Shown: positions 18,893-28,399, counted from the stretch's first letter. The stretch: 64,000 nt of DNA from Bdellovibrionales bacterium (GCA_964230645.1 CAXRHT010000003.1:672001-736000), one strand, 5' to 3'. Translations and numbers: made by a program. Notes: generated from the letters alone by a model not told the origin.

Positions 18893-19989
18893 CGGAAAAG
18901 CCGCACGCTTTTATACCAACGACTTTTTGAACCCGGCTCGGCCCAGATAAAATAGGGAAGGGTTGGCACGAGAACCCAAGTGGGCCGTCCCATACTCGCG
19001 GCAGCGTGTGCGACACTCGTACAAGATGAAATGACCAGGTCCATTTGCGCCAAGGCAGAAAAACTATCCGACCAATCTTTTAGGAGTGGATCAAGGTTAA
19101 CTGTAGAGTCCGGTACTCCTTCTCCACTGTCCCCCTTTTGGAAGCTAAAAAAGGTGACCCCCTTAACCTTTAATAGTCTTTGCAGCTCTTTAGTTTTAAT
19201 GTCGCGAAACTCCTTATGCTCAAAATGAGAAGACCCGCTCCATCGCAATCCCACCTTCAGAGTATTGGGTCGAGTTTTTTCACGAATTAAATTTTTCCAT
19301 TGTTTCATTTGCTCGACTTTTTTTAATTCCACATAGGGAGAGTCCAGGTTTTTCAATGAATCTTCACCGAGGTAAAAGACCGATGACATGGCTGGGAGCC
19401 AGTAGTCATGATAGCATCCGAGTACAAATTCTTTATCCAGGCCAAGGGAGACATAGTCTTGCTGATTGACTAATGGAAGTAAAGAGCGCTGACAGGCAAA
19501 GATCGGTTTGACTTTAAATTTGTCATGGATATGTTTTGCGAATCGAAGTGCGATAATTTCATCTCCAAATCCACCCTCACCATAGAGAAGAACTTTTGAG
19601 TAGGGAGAAATAGAGCTGTCCTCCTTTAGAATAGGGAGAGGAGAGTTTATAAGAGGATCTCCATAGGAATTTAATAATCTTCCCGACTCAAGAAGAGAAA
19701 ATCCTTCGATGATGTCGCCACGACTCATTCGGTGCCAGCCCCGGTTGAACAAGACTCGAGGATCGTTAGGAGCCAGCTTCATCAGTTTATTTGAAACTTC
19801 GAAGGCTTTCTCCTCCTCACCGATTAAGTTATAGAGAACCTGCAAGTCTATGAGAGCCGCAATTTCCTGGTCCCCTCGAATGGTCTCTAAAAAAGCAATG
19901 CCTTTTTCAATCGAACCAAAATCTTTGATCATTTGCAATGGAAGTGATTTTTTTGAACTGTATGGTCTCATCGATGTGACTACAAGCAT
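18820..19989 (-). CDS. TPR-containing glycosyltransferase (GT9-like C-terminal domain)
   Basis: TPR-like helices (LAPNDPRVLFNRGW), EGGFGDEI, VGLRWSG, DLVISSCTSVAHAAASMGRPTW, WYKSVRLFRQ. Confidence 0.82.
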   Translation of the reverse strand: MLVVTSMRPYSSKKSLPLQMIKDFGSIEKGIAFLETIRGDQEIAALIDLQVLYNLIGEEEKAFEVSNKLMKLAPNDPRVLFNRGWHRMSRGDIIEGFSLLESGRLLNSYGDPLINSPLPILKEDSSISPYSKVLLYGEGGFGDEIIALRFAKHIHDKFKVKPIFACQRSLLPLVNQQDYVSLGLDKEFVLGCYHDYWLPAMSSVFYLGEDSLKNLDSPYVELKKVEQMKQWKNLIREKTRPNTLKVGLRWSGSSHFEHKEFRDIKTKELQRLLKVKGVTFFSFQKGDSGEGVPDSTVNLDPLLKDWSDSFSALAQMDLVISSCTSVAHAAASMGRPTWVLVPTLPYFIWAEPGSKSRWYKSVRLFRQKEFGSWEATLEDVASSLEEERK

Positions 19990-20241
19990 ACCGAATCGAG
20001 AGCATTTGTCCAGAACAGCCTGCGATTAAAAATGGGAGCTCTCGTCGTAAGCATTCATAGTTCTACAATCCCTTTGACGAAGCCCTACCATTTGTTTCTC
20101 GCCCCTCAATGTTGCCTGCTGATCTTGTGTGAGCCTCAAACACCTTAGTTTAGTAAGATCCTGTCAAGAATGGGGGATACATGTCTTGCCCTCGTAATAA
20201 AATCCCATAAAATAGCCAGACGTTTTGGTTAGGGGAGAAAA

Positions 20242-21156
20242 ATGTTTAAAAGCCTTTTTATTTCATTACTGTTAGTGGGCATGAGCGCTCAAGCAGGATT
20301 TGTTGAAAGCATCAAAAAGAATTATTCTGAAAATTCAGGTGTTAAAGACGCTGAGCTTGTAGGCTTACTTGTTTCAAAGATTATGAAAGGCGTGAGCAAG
20401 TATCATACTAAACCTGATAAATGTGACACGTATAAAGATGTTGATTTTTGTTTTTACCAGGGCTCAGAAAGCAGTTCCACAATCATTTACGCACTCCATG
20501 GTTTTGGGCACGACAGTGAATTTTGGAGTTATAATATTGTTACGGACCATATCGAAGTCTACTGGAATCGAAATCAGATTGAAAAGCCTCATGTGGTCTC
20601 TCTTAGTCTTGGAGAGTTTTGGACATTCAGTGCAGCTATGAGAGATACATTTGATTCACTAGTGAACTATTTAGAAACAAACCTTGTTCCTTCTCCCATA
20701 TCCACTCGTCATCTTTTTGGTGATTCAATGGGGGGCTTTAATGCGATAAGTTGGTTCACACACACGGAAGTTGAATTTCACGGATTGCAATTGGTTTGCC
20801 CGGCCATTCCCGCTTCATTAATTCCCAGGTCCGACAGGTGGCAAAACAATTTTGTGGAGCCCGTGTTGTCACCGATTGCCGAATTGATTTTTGGAATCGA
20901 TTCTCCCTCGGGAATGGAATTAAATTTTGCCAATTTCTTTGATCAAATATCTAATTCCAAACATCTACAAAAGGTCACGATGATTTCAGTCGATCCCGAT
21001 TTCTTTGGTTTTCTTGAGGGGAATCAATTTCTCAATCGACAATTTCAAAACTTACTCGATGAAGGAAGCTACTACTTTGAAATACAGCAGAAAAAGATTC
21101 ATTGTACCGTGAACTCTGACCAATTAGCATTAGATCTAGCGACAGCCTATAAATAG
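20242..21156 (+). CDS. Secreted alpha/beta hydrolase
   Basis: Signal peptide ending AQA, LHGFG, GDSMGG nucleophile elbow, C-terminal His. Confidence 0.75.
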   Translation: MFKSLFISLLLVGMSAQAGFVESIKKNYSENSGVKDAELVGLLVSKIMKGVSKYHTKPDKCDTYKDVDFCFYQGSESSSTIIYALHGFGHDSEFWSYNIVTDHIEVYWNRNQIEKPHVVSLSLGEFWTFSAAMRDTFDSLVNYLETNLVPSPISTRHLFGDSMGGFNAISWFTHTEVEFHGLQLVCPAIPASLIPRSDRWQNNFVEPVLSPIAELIFGIDSPSGMELNFANFFDQISNSKHLQKVTMISVDPDFFGFLEGNQFLNRQFQNLLDEGSYYFEIQQKKIHCTVNSDQLALDLATAYK

Positions 21157-21309
21157 ATGGGTTTTTAAATTGGAATTGGAAAATAATTCGCAAAAATTAT
21201 TTTTAGCACACTTGCCAAATAGGGGAATGTGAAGACCAATTCCTGGTAGATTGAGTTGAAAACAAAAAAACTTCTGGTGTAACCGATAAATCTTCACTAA
21301 GTTAGGCTT

Positions 21310-22302
21310 ATGGCAAATTTTGATCCTCAGAAGATTAGTACATTGGGTGTATACACAAGCGGTGGAGACGCCCCTGGTATGAACGCGGCGATTCGAGCTG
21401 TGGTTCGTGCCGGTATATCTAAAGGTTATAAGGTCAAAGCGATTAATGAGGGTTATAACGGTATGTTAAGAGGAGATATACATGATCTCTCTTTAAGTTC
21501 CATGGCCAATATTATCCAGCGGGGCGGCACAGTTTTGAAAACCGGTCGTTCCCCTGAGTTCCATGAAGCCCGGTCGCGTGAGCAAGCTATAAAACATCTG
21601 AAAAAAGCCCATATTGATGCTCTGATTTGTATTGGGGGCGATGGCTCATTTGCTGGCGCCCATCTTTTATGGGAGGAGCACCAATTCCCGATTGTCGGTG
21701 TTCCTGGTACAATCGATAACGATATTTGGGGTACGGACTCCACCATTGGTTTTGACACGGCCATAAACACCGCACTGAGTGCGATTGACCGTATTCGTGA
21801 TACAGCAGCCAGCCACAATCGCCTCTTCATCGTCGAAGTTATGGGCCGCCACTCTGGCTTCATAGCTATTGATGTGGGCTTAGCCGGAGGAGCTGAGGAT
21901 ATTTTTATTCCAGAGAAAAGTTCTGACATCCAGGTGACCATTGATCGGATTCAGCAGGGTATCGCACGAGGTAAAAAAAGTAGTATTCTAGTGGCCGCAG
22001 AGGGTGAGAAGCCGGGGCGAGCCTACGAAATTGCTAAAGAGTTAAAGGATAGAGCTGGGTTTGAAGCTAAAATTTGTATTTTGGGGCATATTCAGCGTGG
22101 AGGTTCTCCCACTGCAGGCGACCGTATTCTTGCCAGTCGTCTGGGTGCTTCGGCGGTGGAAACTATAGCCTCCGGAACTTGTGATGTTATGGTAGGAGTT
22201 CAGAATGGTCAGTTGGCTCAGGTGGATCTCATAGAGACCGTCAAGAATAGGAAAATAGTGGGTGAGGATTTAATTCGTTTAGCCCATACACTTTCAACCT
22301 AA
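21310..22302 (+). CDS. pfkA: ATP-dependent 6-phosphofructokinase
   Basis: TSGGDAPGMNAAIRAVVR, IGGDGS, PGTIDND, EVMGR, LGHIQRGG. Confidence 0.96.
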   Translation: MANFDPQKISTLGVYTSGGDAPGMNAAIRAVVRAGISKGYKVKAINEGYNGMLRGDIHDLSLSSMANIIQRGGTVLKTGRSPEFHEARSREQAIKHLKKAHIDALICIGGDGSFAGAHLLWEEHQFPIVGVPGTIDNDIWGTDSTIGFDTAINTALSAIDRIRDTAASHNRLFIVEVMGRHSGFIAIDVGLAGGAEDIFIPEKSSDIQVTIDRIQQGIARGKKSSILVAAEGEKPGRAYEIAKELKDRAGFEAKICILGHIQRGGSPTAGDRILASRLGASAVETIASGTCDVMVGVQNGQLAQVDLIETVKNRKIVGEDLIRLAHTLST

Positions 22303-22366
22303 GACGGCAGATTTATCGACTAAATTTATAGCAGGAAGGATTTCGTTTTTGCCCTGTGGAAGGGGC

Positions 22367-23089
22367 TTAATATTTGCGAACACAACGAACCCTAGTGTTA
22401 AAACTTTTTGGTGGTGTATCTTGAAAGCCGTTTGAAAAATTTTGAGCCCAGTAACCGGAGGCAGCAATTTCAGTGGAGGAGTGGTAGTAGGAAGCAGAAA
22501 AACCCGCAATCAGGGAAACCTTGCCTCCTTGACTGGTGCAGTTCACATTCTCTTGGGGGTAACTTGAATTATGAGATCCACCCGAAACGCTGGCGTAACA
22601 GTAGATATGGGCCAATTCGGATTTATTTGGAAGATACCAATCGGTATATCCCCCGAAATTCATATTGGCACAATAGTCAGCGGCGCTATCGGCAGTTACG
22701 GAACTATCGGCGATAATTGCTGCGGTGTTAATTTCACCTTTAAAACTAGACGAACTGGTGGCTGACGACGAAGCAATATTTTCTACTCCAGGAATGTCAG
22801 AGTTACCACCAGATGTGCCTCTCCATCTTTTGTTGAGTGAGTCAGTGCTTCCGTCGCAAGTCGGGGTACTTGAATCGTTACAATTTCCTGGAGTCACCAT
22901 ATAGTTTTCTCCATCGAATACACCAGCATAGATACCACCTCCAGTGCATGGACTTCCAATTGTGGGGGTTGATCCGCAAGGATCAGGAGCTGTTTTTTGA
23001 TTGAAAAAACCAAATGGTATCAATGTCGCATTTCCACAAATTGACAAAAAATAAACCAAATTGAATAACGTAATCTGAAATTTGAACAT
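22367..23089 (-). CDS. Secreted DUF1566 (Lcl-type / C-type lectin-like) domain protein
   Basis: Signal peptide; AADYCANM..GGYTDWYLPNKSEL and SSTE...W..NF..G...RVRCVR signature. Confidence 0.8.
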   Translation of the reverse strand: MFKFQITLFNLVYFLSICGNATLIPFGFFNQKTAPDPCGSTPTIGSPCTGGGIYAGVFDGENYMVTPGNCNDSSTPTCDGSTDSLNKRWRGTSGGNSDIPGVENIASSSATSSSSFKGEINTAAIIADSSVTADSAADYCANMNFGGYTDWYLPNKSELAHIYCYASVSGGSHNSSYPQENVNCTSQGGKVSLIAGFSASYYHSSTEIAASGYWAQNFSNGFQDTPPKSFNTRVRCVRKY

Positions 23090-23241
23090 CTAAATGTCTC
23101 TTCGGCATTTTTGAAAAAAAAAGTAATAAAAGCGCATTCATAAAAGAATTCGTAATATAAAGTTGTGATTCAAATTGATTCAGCTAGAAAAGAGCGACTA
23201 CAATTTTGATCTTCTAGGTCTTTTCCAGCGTGTCTGTTTGT

Positions 23242-24105
23242 TTATCGACTAGCACCAGGACCAAAACCCTGTTGAGCGGCCCTGCCGGGACTACACTCAA
23301 AAGAGACGCCAAACTGAGTGCAGCGTTCGTTTGCAAAGCCAGCAGGAGCACTCGCTGGTGCACGTACGGTGTTGTGCACCGGTTTGATCAAATGAAGAGC
23401 CTCTCGTTGAGTGATCTCACCCACCTCAGAAAGAGTCGGGTGAAAGCTGCGATGGCGATTGAATTCATTGAGTGATTGGGGCTCAAAGGCAATAACATCT
23501 TGATTAAGAAGCCGACGTGAAAAGTTTTTAGCCACTCGTGTTCTTGGCAGAAGGACGTGGCTTGAATTTAATCGATAATTATAAACCCCTTTTGATTTCG
23601 TAAAACGACGTCCGGGAAGTCTCCCGCACTGGAAATAATTAAAAACATAGGAGACATTTTCAGGTTTTTTATAGTGAGGCCCTTGGTAACTTTTGCAACT
23701 TTTTTCATTGCCCTCTCGGCCATCAAATAAAATGAGATATTCGACATTCATGCCTTGGTCACCCATGACCTTTGCCACTCGGTAGGCCGTCGAACCTCCT
23801 AGTCCCTGTCCCATAATCGAAACTTTAGACTCGGGGGTTTGAACCATCCAACGTCGGATACAGGCGGCGATCGTGGCCGGAGTGTGGTCATGGGCGAATC
23901 TTGCGATTTGGTATTCACTGAAATTGACTTCTTCGGCGAGAGTGTGAACGGGGGAGCCAAAAGTTTCACCACCAAGACCTTCAAAAGTGACGACCAGCTG
24001 GTTGCTAGTGGTAAACTCAGGGCAGCGGAAGGCCTGAACTTTACAACTTAGAAGCAAAACAAAAACAAATAAAAACTGAGAGAAGCCCCATCGAATCCCG
24101 CGCAT
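23242..24105 (-). CDS. Secreted alpha/beta-hydrolase-fold protein, nucleophile absent
   Basis: Signal-like N-terminus; IMGQGLGG at the elbow position, LILFDG; start moved to 24105 because a sigma54 box covers the ORF-track start. Confidence 0.65.
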   Translation of the reverse strand: MRGIRWGFSQFLFVFVLLLSCKVQAFRCPEFTTSNQLVVTFEGLGGETFGSPVHTLAEEVNFSEYQIARFAHDHTPATIAACIRRWMVQTPESKVSIMGQGLGGSTAYRVAKVMGDQGMNVEYLILFDGREGNEKSCKSYQGPHYKKPENVSYVFNYFQCGRLPGRRFTKSKGVYNYRLNSSHVLLPRTRVAKNFSRRLLNQDVIAFEPQSLNEFNRHRSFHPTLSEVGEITQREALHLIKPVHNTVRAPASAPAGFANERCTQFGVSFECSPGRAAQQGFGPGASR

Positions 24106-24118
24106 GCTTATTAAAAAA

Positions 24119-24134
24119 AGCAAATACAATGCCA
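24119..24134 (-). promoter_or_regulatory. Putative sigma54 promoter
   Basis: Minus strand TGGCATTGTATTTGCT, correct -24/-12 GG-N10-GC spacing. Confidence 0.6.
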
Positions 24135-24286
24135 GATGAAAAGCGCTCTATCAGCACTGCCTTTTTATACTTATGAGACCATGTCTAATATTTTCGACCC
24201 TGTTTCTTTCTTAGACATTCCTCTTTGTCTCACTTTGAAGCAATTCAGGGTGTTTTAGTTTTTAGAAAAGGGGCAGGTTTTCCTAA

Positions 24287-24655
24287 TTACTTTAATAAGA
24301 TTTCGGATTTAACTATTTCACAATTCTCAACTCTCACGTAGAAACTCAAAAGGCCCGCTCTTTGTGTTTGGCCCTCAATATTTTTATAAATATCCGCTGT
24401 GAAAACTTGGTACCGTACTCCTTCTAGTGCAACATTAAGACTACTTCTTATACGGAAATGACTTAAGTCAAACTGTTCCATTGATTGATTATCAAGACCG
24501 TGCTCGATGGATCTTAAGCTGACATTTTCAAGAATTTCTTCAGCTGAAATATTTCGAATTTCTCGGCTACAACTGGGTGAGTAAGACCCGGCGAGAGCCT
24601 GATTACAAAAAAAGTAAGAAAAAAATACCATAGCGGTAACAATTTTGAGACTCAT
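24287..24655 (-). CDS. Secreted hypothetical protein
   Basis: Signal peptide ending ALA, GAGGAG RBS, two Cys in the mature region. Confidence 0.7.
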   Translation of the reverse strand: MSLKIVTAMVFFSYFFCNQALAGSYSPSCSREIRNISAEEILENVSLRSIEHGLDNQSMEQFDLSHFRIRSSLNVALEGVRYQVFTADIYKNIEGQTQRAGLLSFYVRVENCEIVKSEILLK

Positions 24656-24718
24656 TTTTTCTCCTCGGTTGTTTTAAATGAGTTTTGGGTGACGTTGAAC
24701 TCATATTTAAGTAATTAG

Positions 24719-24734
24719 AGCAAGACTGAAGCCA
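24719..24734 (-). promoter_or_regulatory. Putative sigma54 promoter
   Basis: Minus strand TGGCTTCAGTCTTGCT upstream of 24655. Confidence 0.55.
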
Positions 24735-24934
24735 AATTTCGAACCTGGTGAATTTCACTTATGGAGGCTAGTGTGACGCTTCTTTTATATCAGTCTGGGA
24801 TATTGGAAGCTTTATGGGTTTTATAAACGAAGAAATTATTCGTATTTGCATTTACCCAAAGGTTTGTGTGCAGAGTCCTACCCTTTTTTAAACACGACCT
24901 TTGAAGGTATGAGGGAGTCCTTCACTCAAATTTT

Positions 24935-25723
24935 GTGTTAAAATTTTGTTCCATGCGCACCATTTTTATCCCTCTTTTTTTAAATCTTAAGAATCCCTCA
25001 GATCACTTGAGAAGCCTTTTAAAATTGGTTCTGTTGTTAATTAGCCTGATGGGCTGCCAGAGTAAGGATTCAGGTCGTGTTGATCGAGATGATGTCTTCG
25101 ATGAAAAGTTTATTTGTCTCGGAGAAGTCGGCGCTAAAAACTCAATCGTCTATCTGCATGGATTCACGGGGCGTAATTGGAACGGGCGCGAGCAAAGTAA
25201 TTTAAAAAATTTGCGGAAAATTGCTGCGAGAATGGATGTAAGAATTGCTGTCCCGATGTCGAAAAAATCTTGCGAAATTCGTGGTGGCGAACAACGTTGC
25301 TGGGGGGTCAATATGACCCGAACTCAGGCTCTTGAAACCTTGAAAGTCACAAAGCGAGCGGCCGCAAAGTGTTTCGAGCCCGATTCTAATTATGGTGTCG
25401 TCGGTTTTTCAAACGGTGGGTACATGGCCACAAAAATTTTTGGATACTGTTTAGCGCCTCGTCATGCCCCAAACCTTGATTGGATAGTCACGGTGGGTGC
25501 GGCTAAGCTTTGGGGCTCAGGAAGTCGTCGGTCCGATCTACGTGCCTGCCGACCGATCACGCTGGTGGCAGGGAAAAAAGACAAATACAATTACGAGAGA
25601 CGCCAAAATAGGTTTCGACAACTTAGGCGCAAAGGGGCCAAGGTTTCCGTTCTTCTTTTCGACGGTGGACATGAGCTTCCCTATGGACCACTTATCACGG
25701 CTCTTAGAAAGTACCTAAGGTAG
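24935..25723 (+). CDS. Alpha/beta hydrolase (esterase-like) lipoprotein; start uncertain
   Basis: LMGC lipobox, YLHG, GFSNGG, GKKD, GGHEL triad positions. Confidence 0.75.
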   Translation: MLKFCSMRTIFIPLFLNLKNPSDHLRSLLKLVLLLISLMGCQSKDSGRVDRDDVFDEKFICLGEVGAKNSIVYLHGFTGRNWNGREQSNLKNLRKIAARMDVRIAVPMSKKSCEIRGGEQRCWGVNMTRTQALETLKVTKRAAAKCFEPDSNYGVVGFSNGGYMATKIFGYCLAPRHAPNLDWIVTVGAAKLWGSGSRRSDLRACRPITLVAGKKDKYNYERRQNRFRQLRRKGAKVSVLLFDGGHELPYGPLITALRKYLR

Positions 25724-26037
25724 TTAACTGTCACGAGTTTGTGGTTAGAAACCTTCGGTTTTCATCGAGTTTAAGCTGTATATAAATTACAATAAGTTTA
25801 AATAATAATAACAGATAATTTAATTTAATGACTTCAAGTATCTGGAAATGCTAAAGAAAATTAAATTTCGGCTTCCTTTCTTATATAGACCATTAAAAAA
25901 TCTTAGTCGACTTTAGTGATTGTAAGCCCTACAACTACTTCAGCAGTCTGGGAGAGACTGGTGGGTAAGCAGCTGAGAATCTCCACATCGAAACATTTTA
26001 ATTACGGCAGCCAACTTCATTTATATAGGGGGGAGAG

Positions 26038-26571
26038 TTGGAAGCACTTTCGGATTTCGAATTGGTAAGGCGAACAAATAAGGGGCAGGCCGAGGCCTTT
26101 GCCATATTGGTCTCTAGATACCAAAAACCACTACACAGTTTAAGTATGCGATACGTCCATGATTTTTACATAGCCGAAGACGTGGTGCAGGAAAGCTTTA
26201 TGAAAGCTTTCGAAAAACTTTCGACATTTCAATTCCGTTCGGCGTTCAAAAGTTGGATTTACCGAATTGTGATTAATACTTCAAAAAATATTCTTAGGTC
26301 AAAAAAGCCAATCGTGGATATTGAGAAGGTGCCGCTTAAGGAGGATAGTGAATGCGAGGACACCTTAATTGATAAACAATTGTTATTGCAGGCTAAAAGG
26401 ATTATTAAATCTCTTCCAGACAAGCAAAAGGACGCGGTTAGTAAGAGAGTGTTCGAAGATAAAAGCTTTAAGGAAGTGGCTAAGGACATGGACTGTCCTT
26501 ATGACACGGCGAAAGCCAACTATCGCCATGGCCTCTTGAAATTGCAAGAGCGCATGGTGATTACCTGGTAA
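26038..26571 (+). CDS. ECF RNA polymerase sigma factor
   Basis: AEDVVQESFMKAF, FKSWIYRIVIN region 2; region 4 HTH SFKEVA; TTG start with GGGGGAG RBS. Confidence 0.9.
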   Translation: MEALSDFELVRRTNKGQAEAFAILVSRYQKPLHSLSMRYVHDFYIAEDVVQESFMKAFEKLSTFQFRSAFKSWIYRIVINTSKNILRSKKPIVDIEKVPLKEDSECEDTLIDKQLLLQAKRIIKSLPDKQKDAVSKRVFEDKSFKEVAKDMDCPYDTAKANYRHGLLKLQERMVITW

Positions 26572-26572
26572 G

Positions 26573-26608
26573 AAAAGGAGCTTCTCAAGGATGAGATCCT
26601 CCTTTTTT
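26573..26608 (+). terminator. Intrinsic terminator-like hairpin with AGGA loop
   Basis: aaaaggag-cttctc-aagga-tgagat-cctcctttttt immediately after the sigma stop. Confidence 0.6.
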
Positions 26609-26747
26609 CAATAGATTTTATTAAGAGGCTAAAAAGCCTCTCTTTTTGTTTGAAGGCCCATTTAGAGGCATTTTAAGACTTTTCTGTTGCATCCCTTTAG
26701 AAATTGTTAGAAATTGTAGGGATAGTTCAAGCGGAGAGTTGGTATTT

Positions 26748-27032
26748 ATGAACAAGTACGAGAAGAAACATTGTGAAGCCTTTGGTCAGTATCTAAAAGA
26801 AAATCGTAAGAAAGCAGGTCTCACCCAAAATGATGTATCTGAAGCTTGTGGTTTTTCGAATGCCCAATTTATTTCCAACATTGAAAGAGGCACCTGTTGG
26901 CCGCCAATGAATGTTCTATCCGTAATGGCCAGACTCTATAAAGTTTCCCACCATGATTTTCTTGATAGATTTGCTGATGCAAGAAAAGAGATTTGGGCCA
27001 CCGAGATGGGCCTGCGTAAATCCATTTCCTGA
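26748..27032 (+). CDS. XRE-family HTH transcriptional regulator
   Basis: FGQYLKENRKKAGLTQNDVS...QFISNIERG; start at MNKYE with GGAGAG upstream. Confidence 0.88.
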   Translation: MNKYEKKHCEAFGQYLKENRKKAGLTQNDVSEACGFSNAQFISNIERGTCWPPMNVLSVMARLYKVSHHDFLDRFADARKEIWATEMGLRKSIS

Positions 27033-27149
27033 TTTCACAAACTATCGTTATTTTCCTCCCTAAATGATGTTGAACTTTTTGCACTCTTGATGCCTCTCAG
27101 CGGGAGTGCTAAACAATATCACTAAATTTTCAATAAAAAGAGGTTTGCC

Positions 27150-27926
27150 TTGGAAAGTTGTTATCAGCCAAATTCCCGTGACTCTGTTGATAGATTTCGT
27201 ACACTTTTAGAAAGTTTAGCGAATTTGACTAACAAATACTTTCCCGCTGCCCAAGCGATTCCCTACGTTGATGAAAGCCTACTAATATTTTCAAGTTTGC
27301 CTGATTCACAACGAGTTAAAATTTTAAAAGATACGAAGGATTATTTACAAACTTTTCTGACACTTGAAATTGAATCCTACGACCTCATTGATGATCGCCA
27401 ATACCTGTGGCGAGTTTTAAAAGATCGTGGGATGAGGTTAGGCTCCGATGTTATGGATATAGTTTCTGAGGGAGACGTCATTGAAGTCTACGGAGCGGAT
27501 GGTATTCACTTATGGTTTAACCTTCGCCTCATGGAAATATGCTCACACAGTATCGAGACAGTGCTATGCCAGCCTTGGCATCAAAGATATCGGCGTAGTG
27601 AATTTATTCAAGAATGCTGTTTTAAGGAGGCTCAACGTGTTCTCTCTTCTGAAGAGTCTGCTGTTCTTGATCCACAAGTGCCAGCTCATATAGTAGAGGA
27701 AATCGATTCCACTCTTGGGCTCAGGGTGCTACTCGAACATAAAAAACTAGCTCCGATTTTTGACCGTAAGAGGAAGGAAAAGGTAGGGTTTATAGTAACT
27801 TCAAAGGCTCAAATTATTGGAGCCAAAGGAAATAGATCTTTTGAAGATCTTGATTCTTCCTACGTTGGCATTAGTGATGAAATTGTTGAGGATATCCGTA
27901 TCATAGCGAAGAGAAAAGATTCTTAA
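27150..27926 (+). CDS. Hypothetical cytoplasmic protein
   Basis: 258-aa ORF, AGAGG RBS before TTG, no recognised motif. Confidence 0.7.
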   Translation: MESCYQPNSRDSVDRFRTLLESLANLTNKYFPAAQAIPYVDESLLIFSSLPDSQRVKILKDTKDYLQTFLTLEIESYDLIDDRQYLWRVLKDRGMRLGSDVMDIVSEGDVIEVYGADGIHLWFNLRLMEICSHSIETVLCQPWHQRYRRSEFIQECCFKEAQRVLSSEESAVLDPQVPAHIVEEIDSTLGLRVLLEHKKLAPIFDRKRKEKVGFIVTSKAQIIGAKGNRSFEDLDSSYVGISDEIVEDIRIIAKRKDS

Positions 27927-27943
27927 TGCTAGAGAGAGTCGCC

Positions 27944-27970
27944 AAAAAGGTCTTATCGAAAGATAAGACC
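27944..27970 (-). terminator. Intrinsic terminator between convergent genes
   Basis: Perfect 9-bp stem ggtcttatc-gaaa-gataagacc; the adjacent A run gives a U tail on the minus strand. Confidence 0.7.
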
Positions 27971-27988
27971 ACGGGACGAACGATTGCT

Positions 27989-28399
27989 TTAGGCCACTTT
28001 TTTAAGTGGATAGGTCTCTGATTTCTTTAGTTTTTTAGTTTTAAGAATTCTTGAATACTCTTTCTTGCCACTATTGACAGCGCGAAGGTAATTTTTCTCG
28101 TAACGATTGAACTCTTTGTCTAACCAGGCGTAGTAGTTATTGTAGAGGTGGTTTGAAAAAAACTTTCTGTAAAAGGTGATAGGAGCTTTGGCGTGAAGTC
28201 CAAATCTTTTTGAAAACGTACGAACTTCTTTGTTCATAAGGGTCCACCATTTATTGGCTTCGGCTTTGTGAATAAAGTTACCAACAAAAATCGGTTTATT
28301 TCCAAAATGAAAACCAACTTCCCAGCCTTTTCCTGCTGATTTAAAATAAGCTTTGCATTTGTGAGGACCATACTCATAAACTTTTTTCTTCATTTTCAT
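27989..28399 (-). CDS. Highly basic hypothetical protein
   Basis: 136 aa, Lys- and aromatic-rich, AAAGGA RBS, own terminator. Confidence 0.7.
   Translation of the reverse strand: MKMKKKVYEYGPHKCKAYFKSAGKGWEVGFHFGNKPIFVGNFIHKAEANKWWTLMNKEVRTFSKRFGLHAKAPITFYRKFFSNHLYNNYYAWLDKEFNRYEKNYLRAVNSGKKEYSRILKTKKLKKSETYPLKKVA

Noticed and set aside
25940..25990. Glycine-riboswitch-like GGAGAG hairpin upstream of the ECF sigma gene
   Set aside because: The CCGAAG and CTCTCAGG core elements are missing and the gene context does not fit.
15261..28399. Prophage or integrative element
   Set aside because: No integrase, terminase, capsid or att-like repeats; pfkA lies in the middle.
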